Numbered from the stretch's first letter, positions 45,513 to 58,302 are shown. The stretch: DNA of 64,000 nt from Chrysomallon squamiferum (GCA_012295275.1 CM022670.1:13764001-13828000); one strand, 5' to 3'. Made by a program: numbers and translations. The notes: generated by a model from the sequence alone, not told the origin.

Positions 45513-45976
45513 CATTTTGTCAACAAGAGTTCCAAACGTTCCTGCATTTTTAACATGAAGAAAAGTAAATAAAATACGTTTTTTCTTTTTATCTACATTA
45601 TAATGATTATTTATCCTTTTCTAATCATAATTCAATTTCAGTAATTATATAATTGATGGTTATCAATATCATATTAAAGAATTTAAAATATATATTAACT
45701 AAAAATAATAATAACCATAATAATACCTGTTATTGTTACATCTGTTGAATATTTAAATCTTCAATAATCTATACAAGTTTAGCATCTTACCTATTCCATA
45801 ACTCGTTAAATCCAGGTATTCGGTGTCTCTAAGCGGTCTGGCAACCTTTGACCGAAGAAACTAGGGAGAAAAAATAAAAAAATTATATTTTTGAAAAATT
45901 TAGTGCTCTATATTCTGTGTAATCTTCAGTTTAAAATGATACAAGGTGTTAAATATACCTGCGATGTTATTCTCAT
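13993..45976 (-). CDS. Uncharacterised ~1404-aa protein: N-terminal SDS22-type leucine-rich repeats with LRR cap, central predicted helical region, acidic tandem repeat, RPxS-containing tail (31 exons)
   Basis: Exons 5'->3': 45959-45976, 45791-45860, 43499-43626, 42291-42447, 40039-40101, 39637-39698, 39245-39322, 38928-38976, 38477-38555, 38163-38265, 37518-37591, 36799-36901, 36045-36163, 35447-35535, 34891-34982, 34310-34429, 33918-34065, 33543-33574, 32838-32904, 32521-32647, 29535-29706, 28062-28229, 26844-27719, 26410-26496, 19945-19997, 19317-19664, 18618-18796, 18064-18301, 17489-17529, 16964-17105, 13993-14125. All GT-AG, phase-consistent, total 4215 nt. LRRs IENLHFCPKLRTLKLSGN, LWNLDLSNNKI, LGTLVLSNNNL, LSIHGNP and cap YRIHVIDCLPNVWMLDG. 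The last exon is the least certain. Confidence 0.82.
22096..23454 (+). CDS. Intronless ankyrin-repeat protein, 452 aa, ~11-12 ANK repeats
   Basis: Uninterrupted ORF with repeated G-T-P/A-L-H ... GADVN motifs (GNTPLH, GFTPLY, GRTPLH, QKTPLH, GMTSLH, GRTALH, KSPIH, KSPLH, GMTALH, LRTALH, GSTPL). Acceptor-like CTTCTTTCAG ending at 22070 suggests a 5'UTR intron. Lies in intron 19998-26409 of the LRR gene on the opposite strand. Confidence 0.93.
   Translation: MKNYKELESIAEELANLIIAGKVNEIEVMLAQQGNNSKDLCTVIIASGNTPLHIVAQRHKPQILKLMFQVGVDINARNNEGFTPLYVSLFYGNFETAKSFIKLGANVNAIVLAKTGTSLIHKLTFSNRLEAVKLLIDEGADVNIKDKQGRTPLHLTMVKGKLDMTSLLVEKGCDVNSVDNSQKTPLHTALMYKSTDIAKLLIQIGADVTIKDRCGMTSLHLCVMYRYLEIARMIIKKNTMILNTKEKIMGRTALHMACADNNVKMAAMLLENGADASLTTNFRKSPIHLVAKVGGSEITTLILKYTNNVNLLTVNNKSPLHIAVEERNFKVTIILLQNKANVNLHDLYGMTALHYAMQNDDIDSARVLLQAGADINDSDARLRTALHIACQNECIELAKFCLRHGAHTYMLDENGSTPLYYDKTGEVQAYYEKLDFLQRKTSAYLASQMKQA
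25725..25800 (-). mobile_element. Degraded copy of a dispersed SINE/MITE-like repeat family
   Basis: Minus strand ATAGACAGGAAAGGACAAAC..TTTGATAAACCAGTC..CACTGGCTGGAAC. Related decayed copies at ~2530-2610(+), 17965-18035(+), 35692-35750(+), 40150-40200(-), 56700-56785(-) share TTTTATATGCAC..CA(C/T)AG(A/T)CAGG..GCATA.CAC.GC.TTTG. Confidence 0.55.
27180..27475 (-). repeat. Coding 30-bp minisatellite (10-aa acidic units ADIGEDETPA / EDAVADEAPV)
   Basis: About 10 units of the form CATCTACAACTGCATCTTCTACAGGTGTTT / CATCTTCACCTATATCTGCTGCAGGTGTTT in exon 26844-27719. Confidence 0.9.
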
Positions 45977-45978
45977 AG

Positions 45979-45987
45979 TTACGCCAT
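45979..45987 (-). promoter_or_regulatory. Minimal upstream ORF (ATG GCG TAA) 2 nt before the LRR gene start codon
   Basis: Minus strand reads AGT ATG GCG TAA CT ATG AGA ATA. Confidence 0.5.
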
Positions 45988-48380
45988 ACTCTAACACAAC
46001 CGACAACTGACAGCATGACAGACGACAACTTTTTTATTTATTTATTATTAATACATTGGGGTCGACAGTTTACTCCTTCCTGCCAAATTAAACCGCGGTT
46101 AATAAAATAGTTCAAAACAATACATAATTAATACTATGAATTACCAAATAAATGAACGTGTTTTTAATCAATGATTGTGAATCATTATCTATATTTTTTA
46201 ATGTATGTCATTAAATTAAATGTGTTTATATTATTACTATTATTATTTAGTGGAAACCCAGCATATTAACGGCTATGACCCGAGTCAAAATATTGGGTCA
46301 TGTTACTCGTAGGACCACAGAAAACTGTAGGAGGAGCTAATATTCCATTTCAAGCTGTTAAGCTATTGGTCTGGATTAGTAGGAATATAAATAACTATGC
46401 AACTGCAATTTAGTTTTAATAATACCTTATAATAATTTTGAAAGCATGATGTCAGTATTGCCATACTCAAAAATTTCGTTAGAATAAGATACGACAGGAT
46501 TAACTGTTTTCCGCCGCACCTGAACAAAATAATATAATTATTATAGTATAAATTCATACTTTTTCAGATTATTCGTTATCGGAATTGCTTGAAGCTGCAA
46601 ATTTATTATCAATAAAGTAAATTTCATTTACAAGTATTTGTAAAGTCCCTTGGAGAAAAGTTTTGATTGATGCGTACCCCCTTTCGTAATCCGATAAAAT
46701 ATAAAGCAAAATATAATTATTATTATGAAAACGGAAAAAAAAAAAAAATATATATATATATATGTGCCACTTTTGAGGATCATGTGAAGATGGTTTACAT
46801 TAAGTGGCCTTCTGTATTACGTTTTCACTTTTCGCATCCACCGTTAAAGAATTTAGCTCAGGTTAAACCTCTGTTTAAGATGAATTTCTGTGTAGCTAAT
46901 AAAATAAAGCATGCACCGATTTATACTATCGAAACAAATTATTCAATGAAACTAAATTTAATAAATTAAAATAAATTAATAAAAAAACGTTAAGAGATTA
47001 CATGAAGAAATGCTATGAAAGACTCTGCGATATAAATTGTTTTGGGAACACATATGGACCCTTAAAATGTCTCATTAGGTCGATATACAAATTGCCTACT
47101 TATCTGAAGTTGAAAACAGTCTTTGCTTATAACAAAAGCAGTTACAAAATGTCGCAACGGTCGGCATTTTATTTGCCGTTTTAACAAGTTTAGGATATCG
47201 GATAATCAGCTTGCCCATTAAGATTTAAAAAAAAAAAGCTGTATCTCGAATTCCAAGAATAGCTCCTACAAGTCTTGTTCAAACCACCAAGCAGCAGTCA
47301 TAAGTAGGGATCACAGATAATTTATCAATAAATGGAAGTCGACTATGAATTTAACGATCCATACTTTTTATTTATTTTTTTTTTTTTTTTTAACTTGATA
47401 AATCATTATCACTGATTTTTCAAGTTTGCATTCAACAAACATTCTTTTACATCTGCGAATAAAATTAGAAAATGGGAAACTTCATATCAAGCGACTAACT
47501 AAATCCCCGGTGAAATGTCGGGTTACGTAATGATATTTTAGTTAAGACCACAGAAGGCAGCAACAGTGATTATTAGTAATGGAACATTAACAACTTTCTG
47601 AAATAAGGGGGGGAAAAAAAAATACGCGCGCACCCACACCCACACCCACAGCCCACACACCCCCCCATTTTAATATTTTACAATTTTCTCGTTAAGGCAG
47701 CCAATACAAGAAATTTACTAATGAAATTATCACTATAAAAATATTATCGATAATTTATGACAATTACTCACAAACAGTTGCCTTGTTTCGGGAACAAGTG
47801 CTACGTGTATGCTCAAGTTTGTTTTAATATAATGTATGCAACAAAAACGTATTGGTGTACATTTTTACCAGTGTAACCTAGTGCGTTTTGTTTTATTTTA
47901 AAAAAAACTATTCCATCATTTTTCTAAATTTTAAAAAGTATTTAAGAGGCATTTTCCCCCTAGACCATTTCTAACATGGCTACCCCTCCTCCGAAAAGAT
48001 ACTTATGTCATTTTAGACTTCCTATGCGAGAATTCGGTATCAAGCCGAAAGTTCTTAGGAATTAGTTTAAATCATTTATTAGGGCATTAGCTCTTCCTGT
48101 GATAATATTTTACATGTGCCAAAGTTTTCATTTGTTCTTAAAACGTATTTTTGTTCCTAAAGCGTATTTTAAACAACAAAATCTTTGTAACAAATCTTTA
48201 TTTTTATTTTGGCAACTGAGTAAATTACATTAGGACAATGTACACCGATACATTGATCATCTCTGGGCTGGAGATTTGTTTCAAAGTCAAATTATCCCTT
48301 TTCCTCCATTTGGAATATCATCAAGGTGAAACCCATCTGGAAAGGTTTTCTTGTAGAACTAAAAAATGATTCAGTTCTGA

Positions 48381-48843
48381 CTAGTGTTCTATGATGCAGC
48401 AGAGCATTCTTTTGTAGTCTCCAGAACATTCTTTCTCAACTTCTTGTACTAGAGGCAACATGTACATTTCTTCATATGCTTCTTTTATATCTTTAAGATC
48501 AATCTGTAAAGGAAATGGGAGTAGCAAACACAAACCATATTAATAAAACCTTTGTACATAAATGATTCAAAATCGGCTATTGCTGAATTCTATTGTTCAA
48601 AAGCTTTAACTTGCTCTACAGTCGATTAGGGATATTGTTATTAAGTTGGTAAATCATGTAACAAATCTGCCATTGAATATGAATATAAAGTGAATGAAAA
48701 AAAAAAAAAATCGTGAAATTAAAAAGTAAATGCTGTTTGTAAAACATAGGTACATGTCCTACAATTAAGCAAACTAAAGCTCTTAACACCTTTAGTTGTG
48801 TATAAAATTTGTAAGCCTTATTCAAAATTATCAAGGTAATTTC

Positions 48844-48878
<35 letters not shown>

Positions 48879-51800
48879 CTGAAACGGATTAAAATACATG
48901 TATTACCTCACTACGAGAAACAATTACTCTAATCAAGTCATTGTCATCAGTTCCCAGGCCTTTCATGCAATCCTTAGCTCGTTTTGCGAAAAAATTTGGT
49001 GTGTTCATTGTAGATTCCACTAGAAAATATAAACTGGACTTGAGAATGGAGCTGTATTAACATTTTACATAATTAGCAATAGTAGGAAAACGCATTAGTG
49101 CTTTTCATATGGAAAATGTTCCTGGTGAGGCAACCAAAACTAGAATTTTCCTACTATAACAAATTCACATACAACTTTCAGAATTCACATGTTTTGGAAC
49201 ACTTGGTGAACCTTTCCACGGAATGGAAAGCACATACCAGGGCATTATAAAATGTTGCATCTGATGGAATGAATACATATTTTCAACATATTTTCTCAGT
49301 TTGTAATAACAGTCAAGACACGATTTGAAAAAATAAATAAACATGATGGTAACTGAAGAGTGAAATAAGGAATACAAACAGATAGCAAGATATCCATCTT
49401 GAAGGCTGCCGCTACATTCATTTTTCACCGATTCCATCATTGATTTTCCTGCTAGTTCCTCAAATTTTTCCATTACTGCCAACAAGTGAGCTCTGCTTCT
49501 TAAACAAAGCACAGCATTCAGTTCTGCTTCTTCAGTCCCCCATCTTCCCTCTCCAGCCTACAGGTTTATATAAAAAAAAAAAAAATGGCTATTAAGCACT
49601 AAAAGAAATAGATTATCACAAAATTCACTTCTGTGATCCATAACTTTATCAGGCCAGCATTATCGAAGGAGTTACAATTATTTCCTATTATACAACATTC
49701 AAAATCTAAAAAATACCTCATAGAATTTAATGGCATCTTCCTCAACTTTTGATTCGTCTATTTCTTCTCCCAACTCTCTGCTGCACGTGCACAAAGACAC
49801 CATTAAACGGCAGAAATAGCCACCAGTGTCGCCCTTCAAATCATTCTCTAGATCACATTCATATTCTGGGAGGAAAAAGAATTTAGATTTTAGATGTTCA
49901 GCAGAATGCATGGAAAATGTACTTATTTAAATCAAGATTTGTTAAACTTTCATACAAAACCAACCATCAGTAAAAAAATCAATTATAAGTATGGCAGCCT
50001 CTATATTGATACGTTAATATTTTTTCTTTGCTATGAAATGAATTCAGTGTCATCTTTCACCAATTCATGGAATATTTAGCATCCAGACTTCAGATGTTTG
50101 GCTTCAAAGTGGTAAATAACCAACAATGCATTTGATACAAAAATGATGTATACGTGCACACAACACAAATTAGGCCAATTCATTTCTTTACCTTCTCTGT
50201 ATCTTTTCTTAATTTCTTCAATTTCTTCATTAGTTCTGGTACACATCATTTCTATTAATGTCTGTTCATTTGTTCCCATACCCTTTAAAAAAACAATCCA
50301 ATCTGATCAAGCTCATTTGAAAAAACAGTGCAACACAATTTATACACATCTTAATACAGAATTTAATTCAAAAGGAAATTATAGTTTTTCCCATAACAGT
50401 ATTTTAGAAAGTTAAATTCATCATTTGACTTGTTCTTTGTACAATATTTGACTGAAATTTTAAATCTCCACACATTTTAAAAAAATACTGAAAGTACAGA
50501 TTTGTCCAAAGAGAAATCTGGTACAAAATGGCAATACTCATGATTTGGAATGACAACTTGTGTTTGAAACCTTTAAAACAATTGTCAACAACTCACTGAA
50601 ATGGCCTTGTGCAGCTGCTTGGCATCATAGAGTCGAGGTGGATCCAACATTGCCAGACACACGTCCTCGAAATTGCCACTTAGCTCCGATTTTAAATCAT
50701 CTATAAGGTTCTATAAGCAAGCATGTAGTATAGTTTTCAAAAACAAATTTAAAATTTTGTTTTGATGAAATGACATCTTTCAAGTACAAAAACAATCAAG
50801 AAATGTATTTTTAGAACAAGGATTTTAACGTAGAACATTTTTATATTAAGAGAACCTTTCATTGTTAAAATAATTATCCTTTGATTATATAATGTCTTAA
50901 CTATCGATAGTAAATTTCTGTTCTTAAATCATTATCGATCACAATTTCACTAGTAAGATATTCGACATAATAAGTGAAAATATCAAATTTATATAAATTA
51001 GATGCAATAAAAACTGGACATTTAAAACACAGGGAACAAGGCCGCCTTTTGGTTTTAAAGACATTTGGAAACTCCACTGGATGCAACTTCAATTCCATTT
51101 TTTTTTTTTTTTTTTTTTTTTTAATGTTTTTAAATTTTTATTTAACCACAACTGCTCTCCTTGAGAAAGAATACCGTTAATATGCTTAACAGTTGCAACA
51201 AAACAATGGTGAATTAATAAAAGAAAACATACCTTGCCATAGAGCTGTTTGTATAGTTTTGCTATTTCCTGTCGTTGGGCATTGTTATGTTCGACCAAGG
51301 CGACGATTATCTGTTTTTCATCCGTTCCTAGATTTTATATGTACATAAATAAAATAATTTTTTTTATTTCTATCCATGCTTTTTTCCAAATAATGTATCT
51401 CAATGAAGAATAATTTTCTTACGAAAAAGGTCAAGATCAATTAAAGCTTGCATAAATATCCAAGTATCATATTCTAATTAAAAGCTAACTACATCTTGGT
51501 AGATACCACGTATACTTGATTCCATGCAACTCAACACTTAAGATTTTGATGTCTTGATGGTGGTACACCATAGATTTACAAAATATTCATCAATACACAC
51601 GTACATACAGGGTGGCCCAAAAGTAGGTTTACAGTTATTAATAAATTACATTTCTTAATACATTGGTAGCAGCAGTTTCTTGTCAAAATGAATGACCAAT
51701 ATCCATTCATCAAAATGGGATAAAATGTTACATTAATTTTATGTACTTTACCTAGTCCTTTCATGCAATTTCGTAGACACTTTGCAACATTCTCTGGCTC

Positions 51801-52375
51801 GAAATCTTCGACTCCATTGATAGTTCCCTTAAAAAAAAAAGGGGGAAAGCATAAATTAACATACACAATATTTTATTTTAAGAGGAGGGGGACAAAAATA
51901 CCTTGATTTCCTTAAAAGGTGTCAAAGCTAATTTATAATGAATGCACTGGATTCTAGAAATGCCGTTTGCCTTCAATAACCAAAATTACCTATACATAAA
52001 ATTAACACATTTTTCGATTTTAATCGATATGAAATTTTAAGAATACAGATCATATCCGTCAAAACTGAATTTAAAATATTTTAAATCGGCCGAAATTAAT
52101 AAACTTGGATTGCATATGGGCAAATTCAAGTACAATAAAAATTTTAAATTATCGATACTTGCATTTGTTACACATTTTCGTTAGAAACTTATTTTAATAA
52201 GTTTTCAACTGAACAGTATACAGCAGTTAAATCAAAATGAACGTCTTACAGATCTATATCTTTAACCATTTAAAACAAGATTACGCTTTATGATTTATAT
52301 TTTAAATTTACTGTAATATATAATTTAAAATATTTAAAATTAAATTTTTACTAAAAAAAAAAAATAAAATAGTAA

Positions 52376-52419
<44 letters not shown>

Positions 52420-52518
52420 AAAGGAAAATGGGGGAAATGAGGAGGAGCAAAAGAAAGAAAAAAGGAAAAAAAGGAAAAAAAATAAAAATAAATAAATAAA
52501 TAAATTACTCACAGGCAT
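48381..52518 (-). CDS. Annexin (four annexin repeats), 314 aa in the short MP-start form
   Basis: Exons 52513-52518 (ATG CCT), 51752-51827, 51233-51327, 50597-50710, 50192-50282, 49717-49865, 49380-49557, 48907-49019, 48381-48503 (TAG), total 945 nt. Motifs [67 protein letters not shown]. Confidence 0.95.
51606..51640 (+). mobile_element. Solo Tc1/mariner-type terminal fragment
   Basis: TA followed by CAGGGTGGCCCAAAAGTAGGTTTACAGTT resembles Tc1/mariner MITE ends. No partner TIR seen. Confidence 0.35.
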
Positions 52519-52580
52519 ATTTGATGGACCGTGTGTCCGGCAATGAGTAGGACCAAGAATGAATAAAAACCCTGCGATAC

Positions 52581-52620
52581 TATATATAATTACTGGTGAT
52601 GTCACGTGGATTAACGCGTG
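52581..52620 (-). promoter_or_regulatory. Putative proximal annexin promoter (TATA-like box plus E-box)
   Basis: TATATATA at 52581-52588 and CACGTG at 52603-52608, in a CpG-containing patch just upstream of the exon ending ATG CCT|GTGAGT. Confidence 0.45.
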
Positions 52621-52912
52621 CAGTTCGTGTGTTTGTATATTTCTCGTCAGCATCGTGCTGAACTGTATTACCTGTATATATATATATTTTTTTTTTTTTG
52701 GTGTAAAGCTTAATTGTTATTTAAATAAATATATAAATAAATAATTTCACACTATTATTGTTAGAAACATTTTAAAAAGTATATTTTTAAAGATCTTAGC
52801 AATCAAAACTAAGTTAGAAGTGTGTGTACAGGTGCATCCGGAATAACAACAGCTGCTCTATCCAGGTGTTTAATTAATTAATTATTGATAGTTATAATCA
52901 TAGCTTGAATAC

Positions 52913-53021
52913 GAATGGTTGAAGGATCAGTCTCCACTGATGTTCCCTTTGGGTCATTTTCCACTTCAAACAGACCAAATTCTGATTTATCAAAGGCGGA
53001 GATATGTACTGCCTTGACCAT
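52913..53021 (-). CDS. Candidate alternative N-terminal annexin exon (MVKAVHISAFDKSEFGLFEVENDPKGTSVETDPSTI)
   Basis: Acceptor TTCGTCAG before 53028, CCC ATG G start, donor C|GTATTC. Phase 1 fits an extended exon 52513-52571. An upstream UTR-like exon 53736-53765 has good acceptor and donor. Confidence 0.45.
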
Positions 53022-55279
53022 GGGATAACTGACGAATACAAATTAAATATTTAACCACTGTATGAAGTAAATACATGGTAAGATCGGAAATGAAGTATTA
53101 TACACCTTTTTTTTAGGTTACTTTTACGCTATCAGAATGTTACCCTTTATATGTACATTTCGAAGGACTGGTAAATAGCACAGCTTTCATACATCGTCAG
53201 CAGTAGCCCGAGTAAAAGTTGGCGGTAAAAGCTAAGACGGACATTTAAATGAATATCGAAAAACCATCTGAACTGTTTTCGAGCCACGTTGGTAAAGACT
53301 GTGACTGTGTGCTTGTGTACAACTGCCTTAATAAATAATTAGCACTGTTTTATTAGTTTGTAGCATTAATACTGAAATATGTGTTCATTCTACGTGAAAC
53401 ACATTTTGATATTCAGCTTAGAGAAAACAAAACTAACGTCAGTTAAGGCTGCAGAATATTTATTACATTTAATGTGTGTGTAACATATCTAAGTTACAAT
53501 GAAAACATCATTAACCAGTGTATAAAATAATTACCACAATTTGACTAGTTCGATGAAAGACAAAGATGACATATGCACTAAATTCTAAAACAGGCAAAGT
53601 CAAAAAAATATATTTAGAGTAAAAAAACAAAAACAAATAATAATAATAATAATAATCTTAAGTTTCAAACCTAATAATTATTTTGAAATAACGTAAAAGA
53701 TTCCATTCATTTAGGCTGTTCACGTTTCATGTTACCTCTGTTAAGTTTCTCAGTTCATGCCTGAACTGAAAAATAAACAAATCGTCAGTTGTATATAAAG
53801 GAACAAATAATTATTATTCAGTTTTGGTCACGCAAAGAGCTAACATGAAACCTAACCAATGATATGTAAACTTGTAGATTTGAGCTGTGAATCAAACACT
53901 TCTCTGAGCGCTCATTGTGAGCTCCTTTGGAGCGTTCACAGTAATTCTTCCTTTCAAAGTAAGAAATACAATAGCAACATGTGTTGATTATGACGGCAGC
54001 ACAGATTGCCTTACATGACGTGACCACGACTGATTCTTAATCTAAATAACGAAGAAAATCAGTGTCTAAAATGACAACATTAGCAGGTTGTTCGTGTAAC
54101 TCCACATTACGTTTAACAAAGTTGTCCATTATAATAGTTTATAATAAGAATGGCTGGTAAGACAATCAGGCAACTTGACCATGGCCATAAATAGACTGTT
54201 TTTGAAATGAGACAAAAACTGATCTGCATTAAGTCAGTTTTGTCTTTTATCGCAACGATCACGGTAGACTTCAAACAGTAACCATAGCTATAAACGAATT
54301 CAATCAGTGGATATCGTTTCTATCGGAATAGATATATATATATTTTTAAATAATATATTGGATATAAAAAAAAAAGAAAAAAGTATGTCAGTTTCGATAT
54401 GAGGCATTTGCTCATTTGCCTCAATGTAGTTATGGCCATGTTGACTATCATCTAGATTTTAGATAGAAAGAAATAATCGTCGCAGCCCTTTACTGCATTA
54501 TAAAGGTCTTCATTTTATATAATTTTTGTATCTCTCGACGAGCTTATAAATAAAAGAGGTTTGTGCCTTCAGTTTAGAATTCATACTCCCACGCACAGAA
54601 CATGTTCACTCTTTGAAATCCCTTTAAATGTACAACATTTTTTATTCAGTTAATTAATAACTGAAACACAACAATTAAACAAATGACCATGACTTGCAAA
54701 TGCATTAGAATTATTGCACATTATAATGATTTTTAATAATAATAATAATTCAACAAAAAATAAGAAAGTACTAAGAGAAAAATGTATAAACAGTTATAAA
54801 GATTTTCACCTGTACCACATAGTTGTAATAATAAATAGTTAAACAGTGATTTGAAAGTCAAATTACAAAAATATTTTCTCTGATTATCATCTGAGACAAC
54901 AAATCCTAGTTTAGAAACACACCACCATAAAAAATTAAGTTGCTCGTTAAATTATTTTACCCCAATTCCATCAGCATTTTAAAATATTTTAAAAGAATAA
55001 TTAATTCTTGATTCCTCTTCATTTTGCTAATGTTTAAACTCTTTATGCAAAATGTCTGTCTTACTCTCCAGTTATTAAATAACTATCTGTTTCTTTATTC
55101 ATCAGTCTCTAATTAATATTTTTAAAATATGTTTTTTATAAAAGTCATTTTTTTTATTTCCTATAACCCAATATCCTATTCAGTTAGTTTAAATGCTTCT
55201 GTCTCACTTTCATTAATATTTTGGAAACATTCCAAAATGTTAAGAAAGACGGTTGTTTCAGTTTTATTTCAGTCATTAA

Positions 55280-55471
55280 TTAAATTGGTTGTTCTCTTGG
55301 TTCTACGAGTATTTCATTGACAGCCACATAGTCAGGCTGTGTGACAGCATACACAACAGCATTTGCAATGTCCTCTGGTTCCAGGATTTTAGTAGAGCTA
55401 CTCTCGTCATACTTTTCTCTTGCCTGAAAGTAATAAAAGAAAACAACAATATTTTGAATCTGTTCTATTTA

Positions 55472-55503
<32 letters not shown>

Positions 55504-56316
55504 ATATTACTATTAAAAGTAATAACATTAGCAGAATTAGTAGTAATAGTAATAGCAGTCTTAGAATTAGTAAAATTAATATCAGTAGTAATAGTTATAG
55601 TGGTAGTACTAATAACTGTAGTAGTTACTGTAGAAATAATAGTAATAGGAACAGTAGTAATCATAGTTGTAGAACTAGTAATAGTAGTAGTGGCAGCAAT
55701 ACTTACAATGATAGCTCTAATAATTGTAGTAGAAACTACATGGTAATAGTAGTAGTAGTAGTAGTAGTAGTAGTAATAGTTGGTAGTAATAGTAGTAGCT
55801 GTGGTAGTAGTTATATTAATAGTTGTCATCTTAATAATAGCAGCAGTAGCAATAATAATAATAATAGTAGTAGCAGTAAAAGTAATAGCAGTAGTAACAG
55901 CAGTAGTGTTTCACTTACTTCTTCGTCAGTTGTAAGACTGAAAAGATCTGTTTTCACATTGCCTGGCTGTATACAGGTGACTTTGATTCCAGACCCCTTC
56001 ACCTCATGTCGGAGACCTTGTGACACACCTTCAACAAAAAACTTTGTCCCAGAGTACACTGCCAAACCAGGGAATCCCTGTTAACAAAAATAAAACACAT
56101 TAATAATAATAATAGCAACAATAACAACAATAACAATAATAATAATATTAAAATGAAAAAAAATATATTATACATTATTTGTTTTTATTATTTCTGTAAT
56201 TTTTAAAAATTTTCACAAATGCATTTCACCTGTTTTATGAAGCCTAACTAATATTTCTATATGCTTTAGTATCAGTAATTGGTGTCAAACAGTTTAGTCA
56301 AAATATATTATCAGTG

Positions 56317-56384
<68 letters not shown>

Positions 56385-58263
56385 TTTTTTTAACAGTGTA
56401 GATGCTTACATATACATTTTTTAACAGTGTAGATACTTACATAAAAAACTGATTTTAAAGAATGAAAAAAAAAATTTTAATGCTTAGAAATTGTTAACAA
56501 ATAGTTCAACATTTGTATCATACCATTCTTCCTGCATCTGAAGACATATTGATTATGTGACCTTGACCTCTTTTAAGCATCCCAGGCAGAACTCCAGCAA
56601 TACAGTTGGTTACTCCCTGTAAAATGTAAAGTAAATAAATATTTAGTTTTTACTTTTATAATCTTCAGCAGAAAAGTTTGTTTGTTAAGTAATAGCGTAC
56701 CCATTTGAGGGAGTGGTATGTGATATCCTGCCTATGATAAGATATACATAAAAAATGCTTTGCTGCTGATCAGTGGGTTCCTTTTTTTCATATTATCATT
56801 ACAAAAACATATCACTAACATTCAAAATGAACTGATGTATTATAATAATATTTGAAATTCAATACAAATAAGATGAATTTTAGTTTTGAAAACATGAAAC
56901 ATACTTGACAAAGGTTATCATCTCTGATAAAACAGTTCTGTTTTGTTACCTTGCAGTTGATGTCAATCTGTCTGTCCCACTGTTCTGTGTTGACGTTCTT
57001 CATCATGGTGTAGTACATAACTCCTGCGTTGTTCACTAGGATATCAACTGACCCCAGTGTTGACTCAGTATGTCGCACCAGCTCTTCAACCTATTATATT
57101 TAATAAATTAGTTTTACTGTTCCTGAAAATGTACTGTCTCTACTTTCTCGATCTCATAATTTTATTATTTTTTATATTTCAGAATTTTTGTCACACATTA
57201 CGATTCAAAATGGATGCATTGGCCATAATGTGTAATTTTCTAAAATAACTTAAGAAAAAACCATTGTTAACCATTATGAGATTATTATTATTATTTGTTC
57301 ACATATCTTACATCTTTTCTGCTAAGCACATCAGTTTTTACTGGAATGGCAATGCCTCCATCTGCCTTCACTTCATGTTCCAAATCCTTCATTTTATCAA
57401 TCCTTCTTGCTGCCATGGCAACTTTAGCACCATTCCGGGTGAGTGCACGGACAATGGCTGAACCTATTCCTCCAGAAGCTCCTGTTACTATGGCAACTCT
57501 TCCCTGAAGTAATGAAGCATCTGAAATATTTCAATAAAATTTTAAAAAGTGCTTTGTTATATATATGTATGTAGGTATGTATGTATGTATATGTACATAT
57601 AAATGCATTACAGACACAAACTTATTAAAATAAAAGATAGTTATTAACCATATTTTGGTTTTTTTATTTTATTTTATTATTATCTCTTATTATTATTTAT
57701 TATTATTATTATCATTTTATTTATCTATTATTATTGTTATTTTTATTTATTTTTGGTTTGTTTGCCTTTTTCTTTTCTTTTTTAATTAAATAATTTTTAT
57801 TCCTTTATTTATTTAATTCTATTTATTACCTATTTTTGTTTATTTAAATATAGCTAGATTTCTATCTTGAATTTACATTATAATTGGATTTTAGGTCTTT
57901 TATCAGCTTTAAGATAAGTTTATTACGATTATTACAGGCTCGATAGTATTATTATGACCTTTGAACCTTTATCTTCACAAACTGTCCTAGATTTTCCTTG
58001 TACGGTATGAAAGAAATTGCCGTAATAAAATGGGTTTAACTGTGAATTTTAAAGAAAAATATCTGACCTTGAAAATCTGATGACTTTACAGATTTATGTT
58101 CCATTCAAAAATACGATATATTGCAGCAAATTTCACGAAATATTTACAAATCTAGACCTCTAGTTAGGTTTAACTCCCTTTAATGATCAGCATATTAACA
58201 TTGATTATCTCCCATTTAAAGTGTTATGGAAACTGTAAAAGTTTAACAAATACTATACAAGAA

Positions 58264-58302
<39 letters not shown>

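Noticed and set aside
46326-47272. Possible inverted-repeat element (TGTAGGAGGAGCTA ... TAGCTCCTACA) between the LRR and annexin genes
   Set aside because: The match is short and gapped with no TSD identified, too weak to call.
55407-56084. Poly-V, poly-T and poly-L ORFs suggesting mucin or membrane proteins
   Set aside because: Translations of an intronic TAG/TAA tract. Only 55919-56077 and 55280-55423 on the minus strand are real exons.
55280-57520. SDR as a stand-alone gene
   Set aside because: Exon 57312-57520 starts at a splice acceptor in the phase left by the R1 exon, and the R1 exon has a donor before any stop, so fusion is more parsimonious.
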